Shown here in pieces: positions 9,566-20,120 of a stretch of 64,000 nucleotides of DNA. A model generated the notes under the pieces. It did not search any database, was not told the DNA's origin, and saw only the letters and a program-made list of their open reading frames with translations. The DNA lies in the NCBI GenBank assembly GCA_003643835.1, contig QMKX01000002.1, forward strand, positions 24,193 through 88,192. Direction: 5' to 3'. The number at the start of each line of letters is the position of its first letter. Position 1 is the stretch's first letter. The DNA comes from Campylobacterota bacterium (GTDB taxonomy: Bacteria > Campylobacterota > Campylobacteria > Campylobacterales > Arcobacteraceae). The translations under genes were made by a program, and so were the position numbers.

Positions 9566-11949
9566 CAAGAGCAGAACTGATAGACCAAAAACTCAAAAAC
9601 AACGGCTGGGGTGTAGTAGATGGCTCACGAGTATTGAGAGAGCGAGATGTATGTAGTATAACCACTGGCAAGATAAATCCAGGTGGTAGTAGAGGTGTGT
9701 CGCTTTTTGCGGATTATATACTGGTCTATAGAGGTGTGAAGTTAGCTGTAGTAGAAGCCAAAAGCATACAAAAAGAGACAACGGAGGGTGTAGCTCAAGC
9801 TAAACTCTATGCTCAAAAACTAAGCTTAGGTTATACATACTCCACAAATGGCAAAGAGATATACCAGATATGTATGAAGACAGGAGCAGAAAAAGAGGTA
9901 GAAAACTTTCTCACACCCGATGAGCTTTGGAGTGAAACATACGGCGACCAAAACGAGTGGCGAGATAGATTTTTGGATGTTGGTTTTGAAGACAAGTCAG
10001 GTACTTGGCGACTACGGTATTATCAAGAGATCGCTATCAACAAGACACTTGAAGCCATAGCCCAAAACCAAAAACGAATTTTGCTGACACTTGCCACTGG
10101 CACAGGCAAGACCTCTATAGCTTTTCAGATATCTTGGAAGCTTTTTCATGCTCACTGGAATATACAAAAAGATATCGCCAGACCTCCTAGAATTTTGTTT
10201 TTATCGGACCGTAATATATTGTCAGACCAAGCATACAATCAATTTTCAGCATTTGATGAAGATGCTATGGTCCGTATAAAACCAAACGAGATAAGAAAAA
10301 AGGGCAAAGTACCAACAAATGGCAACATATTTTTCACTATATTTCAGACATTTATGTCAGGAAAAGATAGCGATGGTGAGGCTACACCATATTTTGGAGA
10401 ATACCCGAAGGATTATTTTGATTTTATCATCATAGACGAGTGCCACAGAGGAGGAGCAAACGATCAAAGTAGCTGGAGAGAGATATTGGACTACTTTTCA
10501 CCGGCAGTTCAGCTAGGACTTACTGCCACACCAAAGAAAGATGAAAATATAGATACATATGAGTATTTTGGAGAGCCTGTGTATATCTACTCACTAAAAG
10601 ATGGTATAGACGATGGGTTTTTGACACCTTTTAAACTGAAGCGAATCACAACTACTATAGATGATTATATCTATACAGACGATGATACTATAATACAAGG
10701 CGAGATAGAACAAGGCAAAAATTATGAAGAGAACGACTTCAATAAAATCATAGAAATAAAAGACAGAGAGAGAAAACGAGTAGAGATATTTATGGATGAT
10801 ATAGATCAAGATGACAAGACAATTGTATTTTGTGCTACTCAAAAACATGCAGGTATGATCCGCGATATGATAAATCAATACAAAAAAAGCAAACACACAG
10901 ACTATTGTGTCCGTGTCACAGCAGACGATGGTAGTATAGGCGACCAATTTTTGAGAACATTTCAAGACAATGAAAAAATGATACCGACCATACTAACTAC
11001 ATCGGAAAAACTCTCTACCGGTGTAGATGCGAGAAATATACGAAATATCGTTTTGCTACGACCTGTCAATCAAATAATAGAGTTCAAACAAATAGTAGGA
11101 AGAGGCACGAGACTTTTCGAAGGCAAAGAGTTTTTTACTATTTATGATTTTGTCGATGCTTATCAAAGATTTTCTGACCCACAATGGGATGGCGAACCAG
11201 AGCCTGACAGCCCATGCGAAACCTGTGGAGGGATACCTTGTATTTGTAAATCCCGGCCGCCAAAAGTATGTCGCAAATGTGGCGAGAGACCATGTGTTTG
11301 CGAAAAGAGCCCACAAAATCCTTGTGAAATATGTTCTGAAATACCTTGTATATGTCCAAAAAAAGTAAAAATAAAACTAAAAGATGGCAAAATACGAGAG
11401 ATAGAACATACCACAGAGACGCTCTTTTGGGGCAAAGATGGCAAGCCTATATCTACACAAGAATTTATGGAAAATTTATTTGGTGATTTGCCAAATTTTT
11501 TCAAAGATGAAAACCAGCTACGAGAAATTTGGAGCGACCCAGATACGAGAAAAGCACTACTGAAGAAATTGAATGATGCAGGTTATGGCAAAGACAAACT
11601 AACAGTAGTTCAAAAGCTGATAAATGCTCAAAATTGTGACCTGTTTGATGTATTGGTGTATATTTTTGATAGCGACAACAAGCCAATCACAAGAAAAATT
11701 AGAGTCAAAATGGCAAAAAAAACAATATATAGCTCTCTAAACCATGACCAAAAGAAGTTTATAGAGTTTGTGTTGGATAAATATATTGAAGTTGGCACAA
11801 CAGAATTAGAACAAGAAAAGCTACCAGTATTGATAGAAAGCATGTATCAATCACAAGAAGATGGGATATCAAAGTTAGGCGGTGATATTTTATCTATCAA
11901 AAATATGTTTATAGAGTTCCAACAACACTTATATGCAAAGATAGCATAG
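9523..11949 (+). CDS. hsdR: Type I restriction enzyme R subunit HsdR (EcoEI-R C-terminal type)
   Basis: N-terminal NEAETRAELIDQKL, helicase motifs LATGTGKT and IIDECHRG, QIVGRGTR, and an EcoEI_R_C-like tail. Contains a Cys-rich insert at 11212-11358. Confidence 0.9.
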   Translation: MNEAERIAAMNEAETRAELIDQKLKNNGWGVVDGSRVLRERDVCSITTGKINPGGSRGVSLFADYILVYRGVKLAVVEAKSIQKETTEGVAQAKLYAQKLSLGYTYSTNGKEIYQICMKTGAEKEVENFLTPDELWSETYGDQNEWRDRFLDVGFEDKSGTWRLRYYQEIAINKTLEAIAQNQKRILLTLATGTGKTSIAFQISWKLFHAHWNIQKDIARPPRILFLSDRNILSDQAYNQFSAFDEDAMVRIKPNEIRKKGKVPTNGNIFFTIFQTFMSGKDSDGEATPYFGEYPKDYFDFIIIDECHRGGANDQSSWREILDYFSPAVQLGLTATPKKDENIDTYEYFGEPVYIYSLKDGIDDGFLTPFKLKRITTTIDDYIYTDDDTIIQGEIEQGKNYEENDFNKIIEIKDRERKRVEIFMDDIDQDDKTIVFCATQKHAGMIRDMINQYKKSKHTDYCVRVTADDGSIGDQFLRTFQDNEKMIPTILTTSEKLSTGVDARNIRNIVLLRPVNQIIEFKQIVGRGTRLFEGKEFFTIYDFVDAYQRFSDPQWDGEPEPDSPCETCGGIPCICKSRPPKVCRKCGERPCVCEKSPQNPCEICSEIPCICPKKVKIKLKDGKIREIEHTTETLFWGKDGKPISTQEFMENLFGDLPNFFKDENQLREIWSDPDTRKALLKKLNDAGYGKDKLTVVQKLINAQNCDLFDVLVYIFDSDNKPITRKIRVKMAKKTIYSSLNHDQKKFIEFVLDKYIEVGTTELEQEKLPVLIESMYQSQEDGISKLGGDILSIKNMFIEFQQHLYAKIA

Positions 11950-11978
11950 TGAAAAAAATATTGGCACAAAGATAATTT

Positions 11979-14900
11979 ATGATAAAATACCTCATAAACT
12001 TTAGTCTCAAAAAACCCATACTAAACCATATGTTGCTACTACTTATATTTGCAACATCTATATACTCATATATAAATATACCCAAAGAGATCTTTCCACC
12101 ATCTAAACTCGATGCGGTGTCTATAACTGGTGGCTACATAGGCACTAGTAGTGCGGTGTTGGATAAACTTATAGTAGTAGATATAGAAGAAGAGCTCCAA
12201 GCCTTGAACGATATAAGCGATATAACCACGACTATAAAGACAGGATATTTTAGTATCAAAGCAGACCTAAAAAGTGGTGCAAATATGGCTAATGCCATAG
12301 ATGATATCAAAGATATAGTCACCAAAACCAAGAGCAACCTACCTAGCGATATGGACGAGCCAAAGGTTAAAGAGATAGTCTATTCGTTTCCACTCATCAC
12401 CGTCGCTATCACAGGAACTAAAACCAAAGAAACTCTCATAAATATAGCCAAAAAACTCAAAAACAACATAACAAAGTTAGGAGATTTGAGCGATGTTCGC
12501 ATATGGGAAGATAGCGACAAACAAATATCTATAAAGCTTGATATAGACAAGATAGAAGCATATGATATAGAGTATTCTCAAGTGGTATCGGCATTGTCAC
12601 AAATCAGTAGCATATTTCCAGCAGGTATTATCAAAGAAAAGACAGCGCACTACTATATAAGTAGCGAAAATGGCACACAAGACATAGATAAACTAGACAA
12701 CACTATCATAAAAATAGGTGGCAAAGCAGTGTATCTAAAAGATATTTGTGATATAAGCTACAAGTTTGAAGATGTAGCGACCATATCTAGATTTAACGGT
12801 GCTAAAAATATATCTATAGGTATAAACAAGGGTCTTACTGGCGATAGTATAGAGCTTGTCAAACAGATAAAAGATATTTTGAAAAAAGAACAAAAAAACT
12901 ACCCCGATGTGTCATTGGATACATATACCGATACATCTGTATGGATAAAAAATAGGTTAAATACAGTTGTGTCAAATATCATATTTGGGGTGATACTGCT
13001 AACCACGGCTTTGCTGTTTTTTATCAATGCGCGAATAGCTTTTGTTGTAGCAGTGGGCATACCTACTAGCTTTATGATAGGACTTATCACAGCTCAACAG
13101 TTAGGCTATAGCTTAAATATGCTCTCGCTTTTAGGCGCATTGTTGGCTCTTGGTATGCTTGTAGACGAAGCTATAGTTGTAGCTGAAAATATATATAGAC
13201 ACCTAGAGATGGGCAAAGACAAATACACAGCGGCCATAGATGGGGCAGTGGAGATGTATCCTGCTGTTTTGACTGCTACTGCTACGACTATATTTGCATT
13301 TTTGCCGATATTGCTCATGAGTGGAGAGACAGGAGTGTTTATGCGAATACTTCCTATCATGATATCGGTGTTGATATTAAGCTCACTTGTAGAGGCATTT
13401 TTCTTTTTGCCACTTCATGCGAACCACCTACTCAAAATCAACAAAGAGGGTAAAAGATCTGAAAAATTTTGGAAGTTAAACAAAAAATTATATGACACAA
13501 TGTTAACCTTTGCTTTAAAATACAAATACAAATCATTGTCACTTCTAATAACGGTAATCATATTGATAAGTGTTGGACTTATAAGTATAAGTAAGTTTAC
13601 TTTTATGCCAGAGTTTGACACAACACAAATATATATAAGCGGGGATGTAGAAGTAGGAAATACTCTATCCCAAACCCAAGAAAAAGTAGCAAAACTAGAA
13701 AAAAAGTTGTTAGATGAGTTTGAGTTAGGCGACACTATAGACTCTGTTAGCACCATAATAGGTATGAAACTAGACGGCAAACAGATGGCAAAGTTTGAGG
13801 AGTTTTATTTTCATATATTTGTAAATCTCAAAGAAGCAAAACCACACAACTTTTTTGATATATATATCAACCCTATATTAAGTCCAAAATACGACGATAC
13901 CGATATGACAAGAGACAAAACAGCAAAAGAGATAAACTCTCAAATACAAGATAGTTTAAAATCTTTTCAAAATAGCTTTAAAGAATTAAAAATCTATGTC
14001 CCAGGTGCTGGCATAGTCAAAAACGATATAGAAATAGCCCTACACAGTGAGGACAAAACCCGACTAAAAGAGGCTATAGCAGATATAAAAGCCGAGCTAT
14101 CTGCCACCAAAGGTGTGCAAAATGTAGCCGACGATATCGTATCTGGCAACAAAGACCTCAAACTTAAGTTAAATAGCTATGGACAGAGTTTGGGTTTTAG
14201 TGAAAATATCATCATAGATAGCTTGCGACCGCTCTATCTTGAAGCTGGGTTTGCAAAGATGTTTAGCAAAGATGGTATAGTGCAAGTGGTGCTTTCATCG
14301 ACAAATAAAGATATCAAAAACTCGTTAGCAAACTTGGAAATAGTTGTGTCAAACACAACTCAAAAAATAGCTCTCAAAGATATTGTTGCATTTGATGAAA
14401 TTTTAAGCAAAAGTCAGCTAAACAAAGCCGATGCCAAAGAGATAATCACCATAACTGCTTCTATAGCCGATACTACTAGTAGTGATGTGTTTGTCAAGCT
14501 TCAGCCTACCATAGACAAACACAAAAAAACTATAGATATAGAGATAAAAGGTGAAGAGCAAGAAAATGCTAAAGTCAAAAAAGAGATGGCAGTAGCCTTT
14601 GCTTTGTCTTTGTTTTTGATATTTTTGTCTCTTGTGTGGATGTTTGACTCGCTTTTAAAATCCTTTTTGATACTTAGCACCATTCCGCTATCTATTGTAG
14701 GTGTGCTTATAGGGCACTTTGTAGTTGGATTAAACTTGACTATGCCTGGTATCATAGGGGTGATAGGTTTGGCTGGTGTCATCGTAAACGATGGTATCAT
14801 CATGGTGGATTTTGTCCAAAAAGCCACCACAATTGAGGAGCTCAAAGCTCAAGCTGCTTTGCGACTTCGCCCAATTCTACTGACTTCACTTACTACTATA

Positions 14901-15056
14901 TTGGGGCTCAGCACTTTGATATTTTTTGCTTCAGGACAAGCACTCATACTACAGCCTATGGCAGTGTCGCTAGGGTTTGGGCTGATGTTTGCTACTATTT
15001 TGAACTTGTTTTATCTACCTATGGTTTATAGAGTATTTTATATTAAAAAGGTATAA
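11979..15056 (+). CDS. RND-family efflux transporter permease (AcrB/AcrD/AcrF-like)
   Basis: 1025 aa with a 12-TM architecture and two large periplasmic loops, duplicated halves as in RND pumps. Confidence 0.8.
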   Translation: MIKYLINFSLKKPILNHMLLLLIFATSIYSYINIPKEIFPPSKLDAVSITGGYIGTSSAVLDKLIVVDIEEELQALNDISDITTTIKTGYFSIKADLKSGANMANAIDDIKDIVTKTKSNLPSDMDEPKVKEIVYSFPLITVAITGTKTKETLINIAKKLKNNITKLGDLSDVRIWEDSDKQISIKLDIDKIEAYDIEYSQVVSALSQISSIFPAGIIKEKTAHYYISSENGTQDIDKLDNTIIKIGGKAVYLKDICDISYKFEDVATISRFNGAKNISIGINKGLTGDSIELVKQIKDILKKEQKNYPDVSLDTYTDTSVWIKNRLNTVVSNIIFGVILLTTALLFFINARIAFVVAVGIPTSFMIGLITAQQLGYSLNMLSLLGALLALGMLVDEAIVVAENIYRHLEMGKDKYTAAIDGAVEMYPAVLTATATTIFAFLPILLMSGETGVFMRILPIMISVLILSSLVEAFFFLPLHANHLLKINKEGKRSEKFWKLNKKLYDTMLTFALKYKYKSLSLLITVIILISVGLISISKFTFMPEFDTTQIYISGDVEVGNTLSQTQEKVAKLEKKLLDEFELGDTIDSVSTIIGMKLDGKQMAKFEEFYFHIFVNLKEAKPHNFFDIYINPILSPKYDDTDMTRDKTAKEINSQIQDSLKSFQNSFKELKIYVPGAGIVKNDIEIALHSEDKTRLKEAIADIKAELSATKGVQNVADDIVSGNKDLKLKLNSYGQSLGFSENIIIDSLRPLYLEAGFAKMFSKDGIVQVVLSSTNKDIKNSLANLEIVVSNTTQKIALKDIVAFDEILSKSQLNKADAKEIITITASIADTTSSDVFVKLQPTIDKHKKTIDIEIKGEEQENAKVKKEMAVAFALSLFLIFLSLVWMFDSLLKSFLILSTIPLSIVGVLIGHFVVGLNLTMPGIIGVIGLAGVIVNDGIIMVDFVQKATTIEELKAQAALRLRPILLTSLTTILGLSTLIFFASGQALILQPMAVSLGFGLMFATILNLFYLPMVYRVFYIKKV

Positions 15057-15069
15057 TAAGGCGAAATCT

Positions 15070-15846
15070 ATGAAAAAATTCAAACCTATAAACTTCCAAA
15101 AATACAGCTCCATAAAGATAGGTGGTAGCCACGATGTGTTGATGATCGACAAGATAGGCGACTACAAAGAGTATCAAATCATAGGCGATGCGAATAATCT
15201 TTTGATATCAAAGAAGCCAAAACCTATGGCAAAGCTGGGCGATAGCTTCAAGTATATTAAACAAGACAGAGACTCTCTCACAGTAGGCGGTGGGACAAGT
15301 AGCGGTAAGCTAAACTCATATGCGAAAAACCACGACATAGGTGGCTTTGAGTTTATGGCAGCGTTGCCAGGTTGCGTTGGAGGGCTGGTCGCTATGAATG
15401 CAGGATTGAAGCAGTTTGAGATATTTGATATCATCCATAGTATCAATATAGACGGCAAAGTTTTAGACAAACACGATATAATACACCACTACCGATATAC
15501 CGATATATCTGGTGTCATATACGAAGTGGTATTTGATATATCAAAAGGCTACGATATAGACAAAGTTGATATGTTTAAAGCCATGAGGGCAAACCAACCT
15601 ACAAATGCTAGTGCAGGAAGTTGCTTCAAAAACCCTGTTGGACACTCTGCTGGATATCTTATAGAGCAAGTAGGTTTAAAAGGTTTTCGTTTAGGCGATA
15701 TGGCATATAGTGATATTCATGCTAACTTTTTGATCAATATAGGCGGCGGAATTTACGGTGATGCTATCAAACTCATAAGCATAGCCAAACAAAAAGTCAA
15801 ACAAAAGTTTGATATAGAATTAGAATTGGAGATAAAAATAATATGA
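15070..15846 (+). CDS. murB: UDP-N-acetylenolpyruvoylglucosamine reductase (short form)
   Basis: 258 aa. IKIGG near the N-terminus, ASAGSCFKNP and HANFLIN motifs typical of MurB. Confidence 0.85.
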   Translation: MKKFKPINFQKYSSIKIGGSHDVLMIDKIGDYKEYQIIGDANNLLISKKPKPMAKLGDSFKYIKQDRDSLTVGGGTSSGKLNSYAKNHDIGGFEFMAALPGCVGGLVAMNAGLKQFEIFDIIHSINIDGKVLDKHDIIHHYRYTDISGVIYEVVFDISKGYDIDKVDMFKAMRANQPTNASAGSCFKNPVGHSAGYLIEQVGLKGFRLGDMAYSDIHANFLINIGGGIYGDAIKLISIAKQKVKQKFDIELELEIKII

Positions 15847-15927
15847 TAGAAGATGTCAAAAAGAGAATAGAAGAGATGTTGCAAAAACAAAAAAAACAAA
15901 AACAAAAGATACTAAAGGAGAGAAAAG

Positions 15928-16224
15928 ATGTCAAAATATGATGCTTTGTTTGAATATGAAAACGATATATTTGGTGGCACTCCACTGTCCAAGTTTTATG
16001 ATATAGCACGGCAATCAAGTGATGATGTAGTTAAAACTCAATTTGAGTTTATAGCAAAAAAATTTGCTAAACTCGAGATGGAGTTATCTAAACTCACAAG
16101 CGACGACAATGTGGAAAAACTATTAAAAAGTGCTAATTTTGACGAGACAAAAGAGTTAAACAACAAAGCAAAAAGCCTACTGTTAGAGTGGACGGGTGAT
16201 ATTGTCATGAGGCTTGATAGTTGA
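15928..16224 (+). CDS. Hypothetical small acidic protein
   Basis: 98-aa ORF with an AAGGAGAGAAAAG RBS upstream. No recognisable motif. Confidence 0.4.
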   Translation: MSKYDALFEYENDIFGGTPLSKFYDIARQSSDDVVKTQFEFIAKKFAKLEMELSKLTSDDNVEKLLKSANFDETKELNNKAKSLLLEWTGDIVMRLDS

Positions 16225-17120
16225 TGTTAAGCCAAGTGGCACAAACTATGCACAAGTTTGTCAAACAGTGCGAAAATAAACAAGTTTTAAACTTATACAA
16301 CCAAATAGAACAAGGCAAGATGTTGCGAAGCAAGTTGATATTATTGATAGCCGGCCAAACCCCACAAGCCGTGGAACTATGTGCTGTTGTTGAGTTAATA
16401 CACTTAAGTTCACTTTTACATGACGATGTTTTAGATGAAGCCTCTACAAGACGTGGCAAACCAACCATACATATACTTTTTGATACTAAAACTGCTATCA
16501 TGTTAGGTGATGTGTTGTATTCTAAAGCATTTTCACAACTATCACTTATACATAAAGATGTGGCATATTGTATCTCATCTGCTGTTACTGCGTTGAGTAT
16601 TGGTGAACTTCTTGATATTGAGTTATCAAAATCCTTTAACACAAATCAAGAGTTGTATATGGATATGATAAATAAAAAAACAGCTTCGCTTATAGAAGCA
16701 TCTACAAAAAGTGCAGCGATACTATCAAACAAAGATAGAGACAAATTTGCTATATATGGAAAATCTCTGGGGCTTTCTTTTCAAATAATTGATGATATTT
16801 TAGACATAACGCAAAACAGCGAAACTTTGGGAAAACCTGCTATGAGTGATTTTAAAGATGGCAAAACTACTTTGTCGTATATGCTTTTGTATCAAGAGTT
16901 ATCAAACGATGATAAAACAAAACTTAAATCATATTTCAAAAAAAGTTTAACAAAAGATGAGTTAAGCTGGATAAAAAACAACATGACAAAACACGATATT
17001 TTAAATAAAACAAAGCAAATTGCTCGACAATTAGCACAAAATGGTCTCAATGCGATAAAAAACGAACAAAATAAAAAACTTTTTGATATAATAAACGATA
17101 TTTTAAATAGGGAGAGATGA
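16221..17120 (+). CDS. Polyprenyl diphosphate synthase (IspB-like)
   Basis: First DDxxD box LLHDDVLDEASTRRG and second box IIDDILD. Confidence 0.85.
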   Translation: MMLSQVAQTMHKFVKQCENKQVLNLYNQIEQGKMLRSKLILLIAGQTPQAVELCAVVELIHLSSLLHDDVLDEASTRRGKPTIHILFDTKTAIMLGDVLYSKAFSQLSLIHKDVAYCISSAVTALSIGELLDIELSKSFNTNQELYMDMINKKTASLIEASTKSAAILSNKDRDKFAIYGKSLGLSFQIIDDILDITQNSETLGKPAMSDFKDGKTTLSYMLLYQELSNDDKTKLKSYFKKSLTKDELSWIKNNMTKHDILNKTKQIARQLAQNGLNAIKNEQNKKLFDIINDILNRER

Positions 17121-17494
17121 TGAATATAGACAAAGTAATAGCAGGATTTTTTATAATTCTGGCGATGACGGTGAATTTTGGATTTTTTTATGGCGATATG
17201 GGCGATATGGAACTACATAGCAAATACGAACTTTTTGCTGCAATTATCGTCAATATCATAGCAACACTTTTGAAGTTAGGCGACAGAACTCAAATGGGTT
17301 CTGTGCTACTGGCTACTTCACTTGTAGCCGTGATACAGCTTGTAATTGCAGCATCGGTATGGACTATATTTGGTTATGAAACTATAAGCCGTGAAGTATT
17401 TGGTATTGTTGTATCTTTAAGTGGTGGGGCGTTGCTTGCAAATATCACATCTGTGATGCTTTATATAAGTGAAACAGTTAAATCAAAACGATAA
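17117..17494 (+). CDS. Small integral membrane protein, function unknown
   Basis: 125 aa with 3-4 hydrophobic helices. ATGA overlap with the upstream gene. Confidence 0.45.
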   Translation: MMNIDKVIAGFFIILAMTVNFGFFYGDMGDMELHSKYELFAAIIVNIIATLLKLGDRTQMGSVLLATSLVAVIQLVIAASVWTIFGYETISREVFGIVVSLSGGALLANITSVMLYISETVKSKR

Positions 17495-17497
17495 AAT

Positions 17498-19171
17498 ATG
17501 AACGATAGTGCTTTATGGTTAGTCCTTCACAAGATGAAGGTGCCATTTTTAGCTATAGTGATATCATATACGATATCAATAGTCGGGCTTTTGCTCATAG
17601 ATGGAGTGGATAGTTATGGCAATATATACCATATGAGTATATTTGATGCTTTCTATTTTGTGACATACACGGCATCTACTATTGGTTTTGGTGAATATCC
17701 TTTTGAGTTTACTTATCAGCAGAGGCTTTGGGTAAGTGCTATGATATATGTATCTGTTGTGTCTTGGTTTTATGCTATAGGAACATTGATTAGCTTACTT
17801 CAAGACAAACTATTTATATCACAAATAAAACAGTATAGATTTAAAAAACAAGTAGGAAAACTAAAACAAAAATTTATAATAGTATTAGGATACAACTACA
17901 TCACCAGTGAAATAATCAAAATTATCAACGACTCTGACTTTAGAGTAGTAGTAATTGAAAATGACAAAGACAAAGTAGATAACCTAATACTCGAAAACTT
18001 TACTCCCCATGTGCCTGTGCTTCGTGCCAACTCTTATGACTCACAAAATTTGGAACTATCGGGAGTTAAGTCTATGTTTTGTAAAGCATTAGTTACATTA
18101 TACAAAGACGATGAACTAAACTTAAGAATAGCAGTAGCTGCAAAGATGCTAAACTCAAACATAATAATAGCAGCAAAATCAACTACAAAAAATCATACCG
18201 AAAACTTAAAAGATCTCGATGTGGAGATTGTGGAAAATCCATTTAAAATCATAGCTTCACAGATAAACTTAGCTCTAATGGCACCAAATATCTTAAAGCT
18301 CGAGCGGTGGATATATCAAATAGGTAAACTAAACGATAGCTTGCCAACACTTCCACAAGGTAGATATATCATTTGTGGCTTCGGTAGATTTGGTCAAGAG
18401 ATATACAAAGTGTTTAAAGCAAACAACATAAAAGCTGTATTTATAGAGATAAAAGAGACTAAAAAAAGAGCAAACAAAGACATAATATTTGGCAATAGTG
18501 ACGACAAACATATCTTAAAAGATGCTGGTATAGATAAAAGTGTAGCGATAATAGCTGGAACACAAGATGACACAACAAATATCTCAATTTTAAGAACAGC
18601 AAAAAAACTAAACAAAGACATAGTAACAATAGCAAGAGAAAACCATATTGAAGATTTTTCAATATTCAAAAATGCTGACATAGACGAGATATTTATGCCA
18701 TCAAAAATACTCATAAACAAAACAACAAATGCCCTAATCAAGCCATCTGCTGACAAATTTATAAAATATATGCGAACACAAGATGAAGAATGGGGACAAA
18801 GTTTAGTCAAAAAACTTGTGCAAGATATAGATGAAAATCCAAGTATATATTTACTACACCTTGTAGAAAAACGGGCAATTGCTATATTAAATAAACTTAA
18901 AACTACAACTTTGAAACTATCAATATTTAAAACTTCATTATCAAACAATAATCTTGCCAATAACATAATTGTGCTTATGATATACAATAGCTCAACCAAA
19001 AAAGAGATTGTGCTACCACCATGGGATACAAATATAGAGAAAGACGATAAAATACTTTTTGCTTGTGATGACTACAGCATAAATGAGATAGAATACATAG
19101 CCAACAATGTATTTGAGCTTCATTATGCGATGACTGGACAAGAAAAAAGATATTTAAGTTTCAAATTCTAA
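17498..19171 (+). CDS. Potassium channel protein with tandem RCK/TrkA-N domains
   Basis: Pore-loop sequence TASTIGFGEYP between two TM helices. Rossmann GFGRFGQ in the second RCK domain. Confidence 0.7.
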   Translation: MNDSALWLVLHKMKVPFLAIVISYTISIVGLLLIDGVDSYGNIYHMSIFDAFYFVTYTASTIGFGEYPFEFTYQQRLWVSAMIYVSVVSWFYAIGTLISLLQDKLFISQIKQYRFKKQVGKLKQKFIIVLGYNYITSEIIKIINDSDFRVVVIENDKDKVDNLILENFTPHVPVLRANSYDSQNLELSGVKSMFCKALVTLYKDDELNLRIAVAAKMLNSNIIIAAKSTTKNHTENLKDLDVEIVENPFKIIASQINLALMAPNILKLERWIYQIGKLNDSLPTLPQGRYIICGFGRFGQEIYKVFKANNIKAVFIEIKETKKRANKDIIFGNSDDKHILKDAGIDKSVAIIAGTQDDTTNISILRTAKKLNKDIVTIARENHIEDFSIFKNADIDEIFMPSKILINKTTNALIKPSADKFIKYMRTQDEEWGQSLVKKLVQDIDENPSIYLLHLVEKRAIAILNKLKTTTLKLSIFKTSLSNNNLANNIIVLMIYNSSTKKEIVLPPWDTNIEKDDKILFACDDYSINEIEYIANNVFELHYAMTGQEKRYLSFKF

Positions 19172-19174
19172 TCA

Positions 19175-19528
19175 ATGTTAAAAGTAATTTTGTTTACACT
19201 CTTGTGTGGTTTTGGGTCTGCTGAGTTGCTGACAAATAGTGAAGATAAATTTATATCTAAAAAAGAGTATGGACAAATGTTGTATAAAAACCCACGCGGT
19301 ATAGGGTGCAACTTATGTCATGGCAAAGATGGCAAAGGCAAAATCATAGCAAAATACAAACACAAAAACAAGACAAAAACTCTAATCACTACAAATATAC
19401 GAAATATGAATTATAAAAAATTTACAAAAGCTATAAATAAAAAAGAGGATGTCAAAAGTATTATGCCAGAGTATTTTTTGACAGATGAAGAGATTATATC
19501 TATATATTATTTTTTAAATCACAAATAG
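19175..19528 (+). CDS. Small periplasmic c-type cytochrome
   Basis: Signal peptide, single heme motif CNLCHG, distal Met candidate in SIMPEY. Confidence 0.65.
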   Translation: MLKVILFTLLCGFGSAELLTNSEDKFISKKEYGQMLYKNPRGIGCNLCHGKDGKGKIIAKYKHKNKTKTLITTNIRNMNYKKFTKAINKKEDVKSIMPEYFLTDEEIISIYYFLNHK

Positions 19529-20112
19529 TTTAACCATTGATTTAATTGTATTTTCTCTTGTTTTAGTGTGGTGCTTGGCCCATGTCCTGGATATATATTA
19601 AACTCATGTTTCCATGTCAAAATTTTTTCGATACTTTTTTTCATATCAACACTACTTGAGTATGGAAAATCAGATCGTCCTATGCTATTTTGGAATATAA
19701 AATCACCAGAAAACATATTGTCGTCTATTGTGATAGCACTACATCCTGGAGTGTGTCCGCTAAAATGATAAAATACAATATCAATACCTTCGATTGTGAC
19801 CGTCTCGTCTGGCTTGACTTCAATATCTGCTTGGCAAATAGGTGTTCCATACGAAAATGGGTCATTTTCGAGCATAAAGCAGTCACCTTGAGGACAAAAA
19901 ATTGGTATATTTAACTTCTCTTTTAGTTCTTTATTTGACCAAATATGATCAAAATGTCCGTGAGTATTTAAAATAGCTTTTAAGTTTGTGGTATTTTCAA
20001 GCACCCAAGCTGTTGCTCCTATACCTGGGTCTATGACGATATCAAAACTATCAAACTTGATTATATAACAATTTGTTTGGTATTCACCCATAGCTTTAGA
20101 TAGTATTGTCAT
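19519..20112 (-). CDS. MBL-fold metallo-hydrolase
   Basis: HGHFDH metal-binding motif plus downstream His/Asp ligands; 197 aa. Confidence 0.85.
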   Translation of the reverse strand: MTILSKAMGEYQTNCYIIKFDSFDIVIDPGIGATAWVLENTTNLKAILNTHGHFDHIWSNKELKEKLNIPIFCPQGDCFMLENDPFSYGTPICQADIEVKPDETVTIEGIDIVFYHFSGHTPGCSAITIDDNMFSGDFIFQNSIGRSDFPYSSSVDMKKSIEKILTWKHEFNIYPGHGPSTTLKQEKIQLNQWLNYL

Positions 20113-20120
20113 ATCTTAAC

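Noticed and set aside
15843-15941. 32-codon Lys-rich ORF (MIEDVKKRIEEMLQKQKKQKQK...) overlapping the murB stop and the start of the 98-aa ORF, with an A8 tract that could join the two frames
   Set aside because: No motif support for either reading. The downstream ORF has its own RBS. The fusion hypothesis cannot be tested without homologues.
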